DNA of 64,000 nt from Minisyncoccota bacterium (GCA_036261925.1 DATAJW010000013.1:22544-86543); one strand, 5' to 3'; positions 48,808 through 60,325 are shown, counted from the first letter of the stretch. The notes: generated by a model not told the origin, from the letters alone. Program-made: numbers and translations.

Positions 48808-49401
48808 GGATATGGGCGGGCGCGCGGATTTGCGGCAAGTACTGGGGAGAGGAAGTTAGTTACTAGCCATTAGGGTTTTAGTAGGAAGGATTCCTGACTA
48901 ACTGCCTAACGACTAGTGGCTAACGACTGGCACCCCAGGGATAGCTTGCTCGCGGCTACTAGACGCGCCTGCGATGAAGGGTTTATACCACTATATAGGT
49001 AAAAGAAAAAGCCCCCGACCTGCGTCGGGGCTTTGCGGCAGCGTAGGTCTCCGTAAAAGGAAAGAGCCCGGGGTTAGCGGGCTCTTGGAGTATCTTCCGT
49101 CTCCGGAAGCTGTCGATGGTGCGACCTGCGGGCGCAGGAACCGGGATAGTCCCGGCAGCGCTCCCCTGCGGCTTCCTTCTGGAGAAGCTCATCCAGGGTC
49201 GCTTTCGCGAGCAGGTCGGCTTCCGCGCGATTGCGCGGCCGCGGATGGATCCGGTGCATAGCAGCTCCGTGTGAAGTGAAAGAACTGGGATTCAGGCGAG
49301 ATAGGCGGGGATGACAACTTTCCCGGAAGCATCCCCGCCTCCTCGCGCATGGCTCGCGGCCTCGTGGGACCGACTGCCGCTCGCCGCGCAAGCTCGGCCG
49401 C

Positions 49402-49545
49402 TTAGTGGACGATGCGGTCCTCCGGATGCGGGCCGGTACGGTCCTTGTCGGTCGCGTCGTTCGGGCGGGATTCGCCTTCGCGGATGCTCCTGACCGCTTC
49501 GTCGAAGGCCGGGTCGCGTTCTTCGTGCGCTTCGGTCTGGCCCAT
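49402..49545 (-). CDS. small acidic protein (47 aa) with strong SD, hypothetical
   Basis: CAGGAGGAGACCGC-ATG; not in the ORF track because shorter than 60 aa. Confidence 0.3.
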   Translation of the reverse strand: MGQTEAHEERDPAFDEAVRSIREGESRPNDATDKDRTGPHPEDRIVH

Positions 49546-49947
49546 GCGGTCTCCTCCTGAAATGAAAATCTGCCCGGTGGCAGATATGGGAACATCATAC
49601 GGAAATGGGGTGGAAAGTCAATGAAGCAGCCGCGCGAAGCGCGGCTGGGGTGCGAAGGGGAGCGGGTACTCCGACTGGCGACGAGGATTTCGACGCCAGT
49701 CGGAGTTCGTGGGGCGTCAATGTTGCGGGAATCGTGCTCCTTTTCAAATGTGCGAGCCGCATGGCTCAAGGTTCATGGGCGCCGTCCTCAATGAAGAGTC
49801 GGGCGGGGTGAAGTGGTCGTCGTCCGTCGTTCGACTAGTGGCCCAGGTGACCGTTGCTCATATGAGCTCCTTTCTATGTGACGCAGGAAAGTGACACCTC
49901 CTGACGCTATCATGAAGGCATCGAATACGGTATAATTGTCCACATAT

Positions 49948-50592
49948 ATGGTCATAACCCACCACGGCGGGCAGTGCTTCAAGGTCACCTTCGGGGACTT
50001 CACCCTGGTCTTCGATCCCATCTCGAAGAAGGGTACGCTGCCTGCGGTCCGCTTCGGCGCGGACATCGCGCTCGTCTCCCGTAACCACCCGGACATGAAC
50101 GGCGTCGAGGAGGTATCCTCCGCGAGCAAGGAGCCGTTCGCGATTACCGGCCCCGGCGAGTACGAGCACTCCGGCGTCACCATCCAGGGTTTCCTCACGA
50201 AGAGCCAGTACGGCCTGCCGAAGGGCACGCTCGACGCGGTGAATACCGTCTATTCGGTATCCTTGGAAGGCATGACGCTCGTGCACCTCGGCGCGCTCTC
50301 GGATGCTGTGCTCTCGCATGAGGCGCGCGAAGCCATCGATGAGATCGACGTCCTCTTCGTGCCGGTCGGGGGCGATGGCGTGCTCTCGGCCGCGGAAGCA
50401 AGCAAGCTCGCGGTCTCCCTCGAGCCGCACATCATCATCCCGATGCACCACGACGGCATGGGCGAGCCGAAGGCGCTCGAGGCCTTCCTCAAAGAGGAGG
50501 GCAGCAAGGACGCGGAACGCGTCGATAAGCTGACCTTGAAGAAGAAGGAGGCAGCCGAGAAGGACGGTGCTATCATCGTGATATCCGCATAA
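49948..50592 (+). CDS. MBL-fold metal-dependent hydrolase (UPF0173-like)
   Basis: HHG...D...H pattern, VLFVPVGGD, IPMHH; TATAAT at 49931-49936. Confidence 0.6.
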   Translation: MVITHHGGQCFKVTFGDFTLVFDPISKKGTLPAVRFGADIALVSRNHPDMNGVEEVSSASKEPFAITGPGEYEHSGVTIQGFLTKSQYGLPKGTLDAVNTVYSVSLEGMTLVHLGALSDAVLSHEAREAIDEIDVLFVPVGGDGVLSAAEASKLAVSLEPHIIIPMHHDGMGEPKALEAFLKEEGSKDAERVDKLTLKKKEAAEKDGAIIVISA

Positions 50593-50594
50593 GT

Positions 50595-50960
50595 ATGGCT
50601 CGTACCGTCACCGACCACCTTGAGCACCTGCGCGCGAAGCCGCACCACGTGCGCCGGCAGATATCCTTCCTCGCGGCGCTCGTCGTGACCGGGCTCGTGA
50701 CCGCTGGCTGGCTCGGCGCGATGGCGACCTCGGGCAGTTTCGCGCTCGATACGACGACGCTCGCCGATGGCGGCGCCGAAGGCGCCACGCTCACGAACGC
50801 CCGCAACGATTTCTCCTCGCTCCTCGGCGCGGCGGGCGCCGCCATTGGCGCGACATCCTCGCCGCGCGAGATAACGGTCGTCGACGTGAAGTCGTGGAGC
50901 AGCCTCGAGGAAGCGCCGGACAACCAGAACGATACGACGCAGACGACGCTTCATTTCTAA
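50595..50960 (+). CDS. hypothetical membrane-anchored protein (121 aa)
   Basis: N-terminal TM, abuts the MBL gene. Confidence 0.4.
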   Translation: MARTVTDHLEHLRAKPHHVRRQISFLAALVVTGLVTAGWLGAMATSGSFALDTTTLADGGAEGATLTNARNDFSSLLGAAGAAIGATSSPREITVVDVKSWSSLEEAPDNQNDTTQTTLHF

Positions 50961-50963
50961 TAC

Positions 50964-53432
<2,469 letters not shown>

Positions 53433-53448
53433 GGCTTCACTCGCACTC

Positions 53449-53487
53449 CGAATCTCAACCCTCTAAATTCTTACGGGTTAGATTCGG
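53449..53487. repeat. Copy c of the about 40-nt conserved hairpin element (GAATCTCAACCC-loop-GGGTTAGATTC)
   Basis: 16 nt after the gyrA stop. Confidence 0.6.
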
Positions 53488-53531
53488 AGGCGTCGTTCCG
53501 TCGATTTTAGTATTCAAGGGCGCGGGGTAGT

Positions 53532-53918
53532 ATGGAGGGGTTATTTAGTAAAGCTATTCGTATGGGACCAGAAGGAATGGGCGACATCGGGCCGAAGCAG
53601 TACACGACCGGCAGGCCGGAAGCGGCGCCGGCTTCGACGGAAGCCTCGGATGCGGACGTATTCGAGGCGAGCTTCTCGCCGCAGATGGGCGCGCTCTACC
53701 GGCAGGCAGGCGAGGTTGGTGCCGACGTGCCGGCAATCGTCGCCAAGATGAACGCGCTCGGCGAGGGTCAGATCGCGGAGGACGCGTACGATGGGCTCTC
53801 GCTCGCCGACCGCGAGATGCTCGAGCCGCGCACCGTCATGCTCGCGAACGGCCACTCGCTCTCGTACACCCGCAACAAGCGCGGCGTGTTCGAGTTCTCG
53901 AGCGAGACGGCAGGGTAG
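53532..53918 (+). CDS. hypothetical protein (128 aa)
   Basis: ORF followed by a strong terminator at 53925-53970. Confidence 0.35.
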   Translation: MEGLFSKAIRMGPEGMGDIGPKQYTTGRPEAAPASTEASDADVFEASFSPQMGALYRQAGEVGADVPAIVAKMNALGEGQIAEDAYDGLSLADREMLEPRTVMLANGHSLSYTRNKRGVFEFSSETAG

Positions 53919-53976
53919 GCAGCAGGGGTGTTGATGCACGGGCCGCCCGGAGGGCGGCCCGTGCTATTTTTAAGGC

Positions 53977-54507
53977 ATGCGATTCAGCGACCCGCAGGGA
54001 AACGTGCTGCAGCTCGGGCTGACCGAAGGCATGAAGGTCGGCGACCTCGGCGCAGGCTCCGGCCATTACGCGGTGGCGGCCGCAGGCATCGTAGGTAGCG
54101 CGGGCCATGTCTATGCCGTCGATATTCAGGAGGACGTGCTGAAGCACGTCCGGGATTTCGCGAGCGAGCGCGGCATGCGCAACGTCTCGACCATCTGGGG
54201 CAACTTCGAGCGCGTCGGCGGCACCACGCTCAAGGACCAGGCGCTCGACGCCGTCATCCTCTCGAATACGCTGTTCCAGCTCGACCACCGCGAGGGCGCG
54301 CTCGCCGAGATCAAGCGCATCCTGAAGCCCGGCGGACGGCTGCTCGTCGTCGATTGGGCGGGTGCCTACGGCGGCATGGGGCCGCTCCCGCACCGCGTCG
54401 TGCCCGAGCATGCGGCGGAGGAGCTGTTCATCACCAGCGGCTTCCACAAGCTGAAGGCATTTCGCGGCGGGCCGCACCATTATTCCCTGGTGTTTACGGC
54501 CCCATAG
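53977..54507 (+). CDS. Class I SAM-dependent methyltransferase
   Basis: DLGAGSGHYA motif I, VDIQ motif II, ILKPGGRLLVVDW. Confidence 0.7.
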   Translation: MRFSDPQGNVLQLGLTEGMKVGDLGAGSGHYAVAAAGIVGSAGHVYAVDIQEDVLKHVRDFASERGMRNVSTIWGNFERVGGTTLKDQALDAVILSNTLFQLDHREGALAEIKRILKPGGRLLVVDWAGAYGGMGPLPHRVVPEHAAEELFITSGFHKLKAFRGGPHHYSLVFTAP

Positions 54508-54539
54508 CGGAACCGGGAAAATCGACTAACCTAAGACGT

Positions 54540-55847
54540 ATGAGCGAAATGAAACCGTTCCAGATAATCCTGCTCTCGGTCTTCGGACTGGTGGCGCTCC
54601 TCGGCCTGTTCCTGTTCGCGAACTTCCAGGGCTTCGGCCGCAACGCGGATGCGGTGGGCACGGTAACCATCTGGGGCACGCTGCCGCAGCGCTCGTTCGA
54701 CGCGACGCTCAATGAACTCAAGGATGCCCGCAAGGAATACGCGAACGTCAGCTACGTCGAGCGCCAGGCATCGACCTTCAACGCCGACCTGGCGGACGCC
54801 ATCGCGTCAGGCTCGGGGCCCGACCTCATCCTCATTTCCCAGGAGGAGCTGGTCGGCGAAGTGACCCGGCTGACGCTCGTGCCGTACTCCTCCATCTCCG
54901 AGCGTACCTTCCGCGACTCGTACCTGCCGGTATTCGAGCTCTTCCTCACGAGCGGAGGTACGTACGGCATCCCGTTCGCGGTCGACCCGCTCATGCTGTT
55001 CTACAACCGTACGCTGCTCGCGACCGCGGGCGCCGCCCGCCCGCCCGCTACCTGGGAGGCGGTCACTGGCCTCTCGCCCGCGATAACGCGCGCGACCGAT
55101 GCGCAGACGGTCACCCGCAGCCTCGTGCCGCTCGGCACCTACCAGAACGTCACGAACGCGCGCGCTATCCTCTCGCTGCTGTTCTTCCAGTCCGGCAACG
55201 GCGTCTCCGGCGGCTCGCTCGAAGGCGGCCTCTCCTCGACGCTCGCCGCGAGCGGGAGCGAGAGCTACGGCTCCACGCCGGTCGAATCCGCGCTCAACTT
55301 CTATACGGAGTTCGCGAATCCGGCGAAGACGACCTACACCTGGAATCGCTCGCTGCCCGAGTCCCGCCAGATGTTCCTCACCGGCGACCTCGCGCTCTAT
55401 CCCGGATTCGCATCCGAGCAGCGCGCGCTCGCGAGCGCGAACCCGAACCTCGATTTCGATATGGCGCCGATGCCGCAGCCGGGGACGGCAACGGTACGCA
55501 CCGCATATGCCCGCGCGTACGCGTTCGCGCTGCCGAAGGCGTCCCGGAACACGTCGGGCGCGTACGAGGTAGCGCTCGCGCTCGCCGGGAAGGGCGTCAA
55601 CGCCGCGTTCGCCCGCTCGCTCGGCATGGCGCCTGCCTCCCGCGCCGATCTCACGCCGTCGAACGCGAGCATCTTCGAGCCGGTCTTCTATCCGGAGGCG
55701 CTGACCGCAAAGGGCTGGCTATCCCCACTGCCGGGGCGAACCGATGCGATATTCGCGGCTATGATAGATAACGTGAACAGCGGCCGGCAGAGCGTGAAGC
55801 AGGCGCTCTCGACCGCCGACCAGGCGCTTACCGCCGCTTTCCGCTAA
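54540..55847 (+). CDS. membrane-anchored extracellular solute-binding-protein-like protein
   Basis: N-terminal TM then an SBP_bac_1-like alpha/beta domain; start moved to MSEMKPF. Confidence 0.45.
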   Translation: MSEMKPFQIILLSVFGLVALLGLFLFANFQGFGRNADAVGTVTIWGTLPQRSFDATLNELKDARKEYANVSYVERQASTFNADLADAIASGSGPDLILISQEELVGEVTRLTLVPYSSISERTFRDSYLPVFELFLTSGGTYGIPFAVDPLMLFYNRTLLATAGAARPPATWEAVTGLSPAITRATDAQTVTRSLVPLGTYQNVTNARAILSLLFFQSGNGVSGGSLEGGLSSTLAASGSESYGSTPVESALNFYTEFANPAKTTYTWNRSLPESRQMFLTGDLALYPGFASEQRALASANPNLDFDMAPMPQPGTATVRTAYARAYAFALPKASRNTSGAYEVALALAGKGVNAAFARSLGMAPASRADLTPSNASIFEPVFYPEALTAKGWLSPLPGRTDAIFAAMIDNVNSGRQSVKQALSTADQALTAAFR

Positions 55848-55849
55848 CC

Positions 55850-56434
55850 ATGACCCGACTCCATTCGTTCCGCGCGCTTCTCGTCCTCGGCATGCTCGCG
55901 TTCTCCTTCGCGGCGCCTATGCCCGTGGCGTATGCCGCCGACCAATGCAACCCATCGAGCCCGAGCTCATGTCCGAGCGGGCAGCAGTGCAAGAAAGTGA
56001 ACGATGAAGACGCGACATGCGTCGCTATCGAATGCACGCCTGCCTGCAAATCCACGGAAGTCTGCTTCCTCGGCAATACCTGCATTGCGAAGTCGAGCAC
56101 TACCAATCCCGGCGGGACCGAGGGAACTACTAATCCTGGCGGAACCCAGGGAACCGCAAATTCTGGCGCAGGCAGACTCCAGAACCCGCTCAATAATATA
56201 AATAGCATAGACGATCTGCTCGGCGCGGTTCTCGGCGCGGTCGTGCGCATCGGCTCCATCATCCTCGTGCTCGCGCTCGTCTATATCGGCTTCCTCTTCG
56301 TCGTCGCCCAAGGGAACGAGGAAAAGCTCAAGAGCGCTCGGACCGCGCTTCTTTGGACGGTGATTGGCGGTCTCATCCTGCTTGGCGCCACGGCGATAAA
56401 GGAGGTCATAACCGCGACCGTGGACGCGCTATGA
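55850..56434 (+). CDS. Pilin-like two-TM protein paralog 1 (TrbC/VirB2-like core) with N-terminal Cys-rich secreted domain and TNPGGT repeats
   Basis: signal peptide; 10 Cys in about 50 aa; C-terminal core homologous to the four downstream ORFs. Confidence 0.6.
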   Translation: MTRLHSFRALLVLGMLAFSFAAPMPVAYAADQCNPSSPSSCPSGQQCKKVNDEDATCVAIECTPACKSTEVCFLGNTCIAKSSTTNPGGTEGTTNPGGTQGTANSGAGRLQNPLNNINSIDDLLGAVLGAVVRIGSIILVLALVYIGFLFVVAQGNEEKLKSARTALLWTVIGGLILLGATAIKEVITATVDAL

Positions 56435-56901
56435 TGCCGCGTACGTTCATCGCGCTGCTCTTCATCGCTGGCCTGTCCGGCGCGTCCCCGGTTCCTGCGC
56501 TCGCCCAGACCTGCACCCCTGGCTGCGGGTCAGGGACGATATGCGCGTACACCAATCTCGCGGAGACGCAGACGGGATGCATCATCGCCGCCCAGGATGA
56601 CGGAACGGTCGATGAGGTCGTCGTGGAGGCGGCGGGAGGCGGCTCCGGCCGCTCGTTCGCGGAGTTCGTATATGACGTAATCGTACCGCTCTTCAATGAC
56701 GGCATCATCCCGCTCCTGTATGCGCTCGCCTTCCTCTTCTTCCTCATCGGCGTCGTTCGGTACTTCTTCCTCGAGAGCGAGGAGAACCGCGAGAAAGGCA
56801 AGGGCATGATGCTCTGGGGCATCATCGGCCTCGCGGTCATATTCTCGGTCTGGGGGCTGGTGCAGCTCCTCCTCGCCACGTTCTCGCTCGGTAGCGCATA
56901 G
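56431..56901 (+). CDS. Pilin-like two-TM protein paralog 2 with N-terminal Cys-containing domain
   Basis: core IIPLLYALAFLFFLIGVVRYFFLESEENREKGKGMMLWGIIGLAVIFSVWGLVQLL. Confidence 0.6.
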   Translation: MMPRTFIALLFIAGLSGASPVPALAQTCTPGCGSGTICAYTNLAETQTGCIIAAQDDGTVDEVVVEAAGGGSGRSFAEFVYDVIVPLFNDGIIPLLYALAFLFFLIGVVRYFFLESEENREKGKGMMLWGIIGLAVIFSVWGLVQLLLATFSLGSA

Positions 56902-56928
56902 CACTTATTCCCTAATCACCATTCCGTC

Positions 56929-57360
56929 ATGCCTCCTTCGAACCAAGCTCCAAGCACGCTGCAGGGATTCTTCCCCTGGATCATCGCGTTCATCGATACG
57001 TATATCGTGCCGCTCATCTTCGCGCTCGCGTTCGTCGTCTTCCTCTGGGGCGTCTTCCAGTACTTCATCGCCGGAGGCGCCGATGAGGAGAAGCGGGAAA
57101 AAGGAAAGAGATTCGTCGCGTACGGACTGGTCGGTTTCTTCGTGATGGTGTCGGTCTGGGGCCTCGTGAACTTGCTGGTCGGCTCGTTCGGCTTCAATAA
57201 GTCCGCGCCGCCGGTGCCGCGCTTCGGCGCGCCTTCGAGCGCCAATCCTGCGCCGAACACGCCTACCGGCACGTCAGGCATCTCATGCCAGACGGCATTC
57301 GATTGCGGCGGTCTCGCCTGCCTGAACGGCTTCTGCGCATCGAGCAACGGGAACAACTGA
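56929..57360 (+). CDS. Pilin-like two-TM protein paralog 3 with C-terminal Cys-rich tail
   Basis: core IVPLIFALAFVVFLWGVFQYFIAGGADEEKREKGKRFVAYGLVGFFVMVSVWGLVNLL; tail CQTAFDCGGLACLNGFC. Confidence 0.6.
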   Translation: MPPSNQAPSTLQGFFPWIIAFIDTYIVPLIFALAFVVFLWGVFQYFIAGGADEEKREKGKRFVAYGLVGFFVMVSVWGLVNLLVGSFGFNKSAPPVPRFGAPSSANPAPNTPTGTSGISCQTAFDCGGLACLNGFCASSNGNN

Positions 57361-57453
57361 TAGCTGATAGCCGTTTTCCACATGCGGCCAAGGCCTCTAT
57401 TGACGGGCTGCCGTGGCGTTCTATCCTATAGGAGTACTTAGTAATCACTATCT

Positions 57454-57816
57454 ATGAAGAAACTCGGTTATATCGGTGCGGCCCTCGCGCTCCCGTTCCT
57501 CGCATTCGCGCAGACCATCAATGGCCAGAGCGGCCTCGGCGGCCTCGGCCAGAGCCTCATCGCCTTTATCAATACGATCGTCGTGCCGCTCATCTTCGCG
57601 CTCGCGTTCATCGTCTTCATCTGGGGCGTCTTCCAGTACTTCATCGCTGGCGGGCACGACGAGGAGAAGAAGGAGAAGGGCAAGAGCCTCATGCTCTACG
57701 GCCTCATCGGTTTCTTCGTGATGGTATCGGTTTGGGGCCTCGTGAACATCCTCACGGGTACCTTCAATCTCCGCGACACGCCGCCGCCGTACCCTGACGT
57801 ACCGGTCAACAACTAG
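57454..57816 (+). CDS. Pilin-like two-TM protein paralog 4
   Basis: signal peptide plus core nearly identical to paralog 3. Confidence 0.6.
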   Translation: MKKLGYIGAALALPFLAFAQTINGQSGLGGLGQSLIAFINTIVVPLIFALAFIVFIWGVFQYFIAGGHDEEKKEKGKSLMLYGLIGFFVMVSVWGLVNILTGTFNLRDTPPPYPDVPVNN

Positions 57817-57875
57817 GCGCAGTTCTCCACCAGAGGAAGCCGCCCGTTCGGGCGGCTTCTTGCTATGATACGGAT

Positions 57876-58133
57876 ATGGATAAGCTCAATGAGTTCATAA
57901 CGAACGTGGAGCGGGAGATACTCACCCCGATAGTCACCCTCCTCGCCCTGTTCGCGTTCGCGGTCTTCGTCTGGGGCATCGTGCAGTTCATCGCGAACGC
58001 GGGCGATGAGGAGAAACGCAAGACCGGCCAGATGCACATGTTCTGGGGCATCATCGGCCTCGTCATCATATTCGGCGCGAACGCCATAATACGGCTCATG
58101 GCGAATACGGTGGGTGCGGACGTTCCGTTCTAG
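57876..58133 (+). CDS. Pilin-like two-TM protein paralog 5 (core only, 85 aa)
   Basis: core ILTPIVTLLALFAFAVFVWGIVQFIANAGDEEKRKTGQMHMFWGIIGLVIIFGANAII. Confidence 0.55.
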   Translation: MDKLNEFITNVEREILTPIVTLLALFAFAVFVWGIVQFIANAGDEEKRKTGQMHMFWGIIGLVIIFGANAIIRLMANTVGADVPF

Positions 58134-58139
58134 CAACCA

Positions 58140-58180
58140 TAAGAAAAGCCCCGCATGAGAATGCGGGGCTTTGAAAGATC
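58140..58180. terminator. bidirectional terminator AAAAGCCCCGCATGAGAATGCGGGGCTTT
   Basis: stem flanked by A and T runs. Confidence 0.8.
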
Positions 58181-58195
58181 AGGTACCGATGCTTG

Positions 58196-58708
58196 CTACT
58201 CGGAATCCGCGGCTTCGGCTTGCGCCCTCGCTGCATGTTCCGGTTCGAAGCGGATGAGGAGCTTCTTCGGGCTCGAGTCGAGCGATTGGTAGAGCTCGGC
58301 CGTGCCGCCATTCGGACAGCTGTCTTGAATGGCTCCGAAGAGGTCCTTGCATCGGATACGGACGCCGTCGGTGTTATTCCGGAATATGGTGTATCCGGGA
58401 CGGATCCTGGCTTCGTATTCGGTCGTGCCGGCCGCCGGCGCCGTCACCACCTGCCACTCCGGGGAGGGCAGGGATTCTGGCGCGGTTGCTGCCGGTATCG
58501 TCGCGGTCGTCTGCGTACTGCGCGCAGCTTCGACCTGTCCAGGCTCTTTCGAGCCATGTACGAGATGCTTGCCTCCGACCCAGTCGATCAAGAAGAAGAT
58601 CGCTCCGACGGCCGCGAAAAGCAGGCCGATTCGTAAGGCCCACTTCTTCATTCCTTCGGTCGAACCTCCGGAACCATGCTTGGAGCCAGATGAAGCGCCA
58701 TGAGCCAT
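58196..58708 (-). CDS. membrane-anchored protein, possibly NfeD-like partner of the SPFH protein
   Basis: N-terminal TM, beta-rich C-terminus; 12 nt from the upstream SPFH gene. Confidence 0.35.
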   Translation of the reverse strand: MAHGASSGSKHGSGGSTEGMKKWALRIGLLFAAVGAIFFLIDWVGGKHLVHGSKEPGQVEAARSTQTTATIPAATAPESLPSPEWQVVTAPAAGTTEYEARIRPGYTIFRNNTDGVRIRCKDLFGAIQDSCPNGGTAELYQSLDSSPKKLLIRFEPEHAARAQAEAADSE

Positions 58709-58719
58709 GTTGAGTTCCT

Positions 58720-59916
58720 CTAGTCCTTGTTGTTGGTGAAGATAGCGGCCGCGTCGACAAGCGGATTGCCGCTTCTGACGATGGTCTCTTTGGCTCGGCC
58801 ACGGTTGATGCGGACAAGCTCAAGCGCGCGCTCCAAGGAGAGCGTTTCTCCTCGGCTGGTGGCGTCGGCAATATATGCCCTCGCCAGCTCGAGCTCGGTA
58901 TCGAAGTCCTTCCTTTCCGCTCGACGCTGCGCGTCTTCGCGGGCGGACAATTCGGCGTCTGCGCCGAGCGCGCTGCTCGGTTCGATGCGGACGACGTTGA
59001 GGCGGGTGATCTGGATGCCCAGGTCGACCACATCCCCGACGCCGTTCTCGCGAACGATGCGCAGGAAGACCTCCATTTCCCGTTGCCGGTTATGCAAGTC
59101 ATCTTTCGGGGCGGCATGGATATACCGCAACGGCTCGTCGATGGCGGGCAGCAGCCTATACTTATCGGGTGCGATTGCGAAATCCTCTTCCGCTATCTTG
59201 CCGTCCGTACGAGGCAGTGTACGCAACTTCGCGTCGCTGACCATCATCAAGAGGCTCGCCGCGAGCGGCGCCTTGAGGAAAACGAATTCCTCCCAGGTAT
59301 AGTCGCTCGCGAACACACGCGTCTCTTCGCCGATGATGTCGCAGAGGATCTTCTTGACCCCCTCCTCGCCGCCGGAGTTGAGATACTTGATGATGCGATC
59401 GGCGTCGACATCCTCGCCGCCGTGCAGGCCATCAGCATCGGGCTCGATGGTAATGGCCACTTCGACGGTGACTGCAGCGCCGGCAGCGGCCGTATCCGAT
59501 CCGGTATTCGCGCGGCATCGGACATCTTCATAGGTGAAGTTCCTGTTCATCCGCTCGACTTTGACCGGATTCACTCCCACCATGAAGGGGAAGTACGGGG
59601 CGAGCAGATGCGTCCCTTCCGGAATGAGGACGCGGATGCGCCTATTCCAGAACGTGAGGATGCCCTTATGCGGCGGATCCTCGGGAACGCGCACGAACCC
59701 GAACGCGATCATCAGCGCACCGATAGCGCCGATAGCCGCGAAGTACCGCGGGCCGACGAGAAGGTAGTAGGTGCCGAGCAGGATGAAGCCGATAGCGCTT
59801 GCCCAAAGGATCGTCGTGATCCTTTGGAGAAATGCACGGTCGACTATTACCGCCACCAGCATCGCCACCTGAATGGCTAGCCAGAGCTTGAGTACCAGAG
59901 GCATAGCGCCCTCCAA
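58720..59916 (-). CDS. SPFH/band-7 (stomatin/prohibitin-like) domain protein
   Basis: N-terminal 2 TM, SPFH core (GILTFWNRRIRVLIPEGTHLLAPYFPFMVGV...), C-terminal coiled coil. Confidence 0.5.
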   Translation of the reverse strand: MEGAMPLVLKLWLAIQVAMLVAVIVDRAFLQRITTILWASAIGFILLGTYYLLVGPRYFAAIGAIGALMIAFGFVRVPEDPPHKGILTFWNRRIRVLIPEGTHLLAPYFPFMVGVNPVKVERMNRNFTYEDVRCRANTGSDTAAAGAAVTVEVAITIEPDADGLHGGEDVDADRIIKYLNSGGEEGVKKILCDIIGEETRVFASDYTWEEFVFLKAPLAASLLMMVSDAKLRTLPRTDGKIAEEDFAIAPDKYRLLPAIDEPLRYIHAAPKDDLHNRQREMEVFLRIVRENGVGDVVDLGIQITRLNVVRIEPSSALGADAELSAREDAQRRAERKDFDTELELARAYIADATSRGETLSLERALELVRINRGRAKETIVRSGNPLVDAAAIFTNNKD

Positions 59917-60036
59917 GATTCGTTTGACCTGTCAAAGGCCGTTCCACCTGCTATAATAGCACAATATATAGTGTTTTGTCAAGGTGCTCCCAGCAATCGA
60001 ATACCGAGGCCAGTGCCGGCTATTTCATGGAAATGT

Positions 60037-60100
60037 ACTGGAGAGAGGACTCGCACCAGCACCCCCGAAGGCCCAACCTACGGATGGAAGACGGGACCAA
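60037..60100 (-). pseudogene. tRNA-Leu-like 3' fragment (T-arm variant plus acceptor CTCCAG), partner of the 5' fragment at 60225-60270
   Basis: ...CCTTCGGGGGTGCTGGTGCGAGTCCTCTCTCCAG parallels the tRNA-Leu 3' end with substitutions. Confidence 0.35.
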
Positions 60101-60138
60101 CCATCTTCCATTCCCGCGGCAATTCGTTATGCACACAG

Positions 60139-60219
60139 TGCCGAGGAGAGGACTCGAACCTCCACCCCCGAAGGGACCTGCTCCTAAGGCAGGCGCGCCT
60201 ACCATTTCGCCACCTCGGC
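60139..60219 (-). tRNA. tRNA-Leu (anticodon TAG), long variable arm
   Basis: reverse complement GCCGAGGTGGCGAAATGGTAGGCGCGCCTGCCTTAGGAGCAGGTCCCTTCGGGGGTGGAGGTTCGAGTCCTCTCCTCGGCA. Confidence 0.75.
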
Positions 60220-60224
60220 ACTCT

Positions 60225-60270
60225 ATGCACAACTCGCGTCTACCATTTCGCCACTCCAGCGTTCCGGTAT
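60225..60270 (-). pseudogene. tRNA-Leu-like 5' fragment (acceptor GCTGGAG plus D-arm TGGCGAAATGGTAGACGC)
   Basis: D-arm identical to tRNA-Leu(TAG) except for 1 nt; acceptor complementary to the 3' fragment at 60037-60060. Confidence 0.35.
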
Positions 60271-60325
60271 CTTATCAGAAAAAGACGAAAGCCGGACGAA
60301 TCCGGCTCCGGTCTTTCACTTTGAT

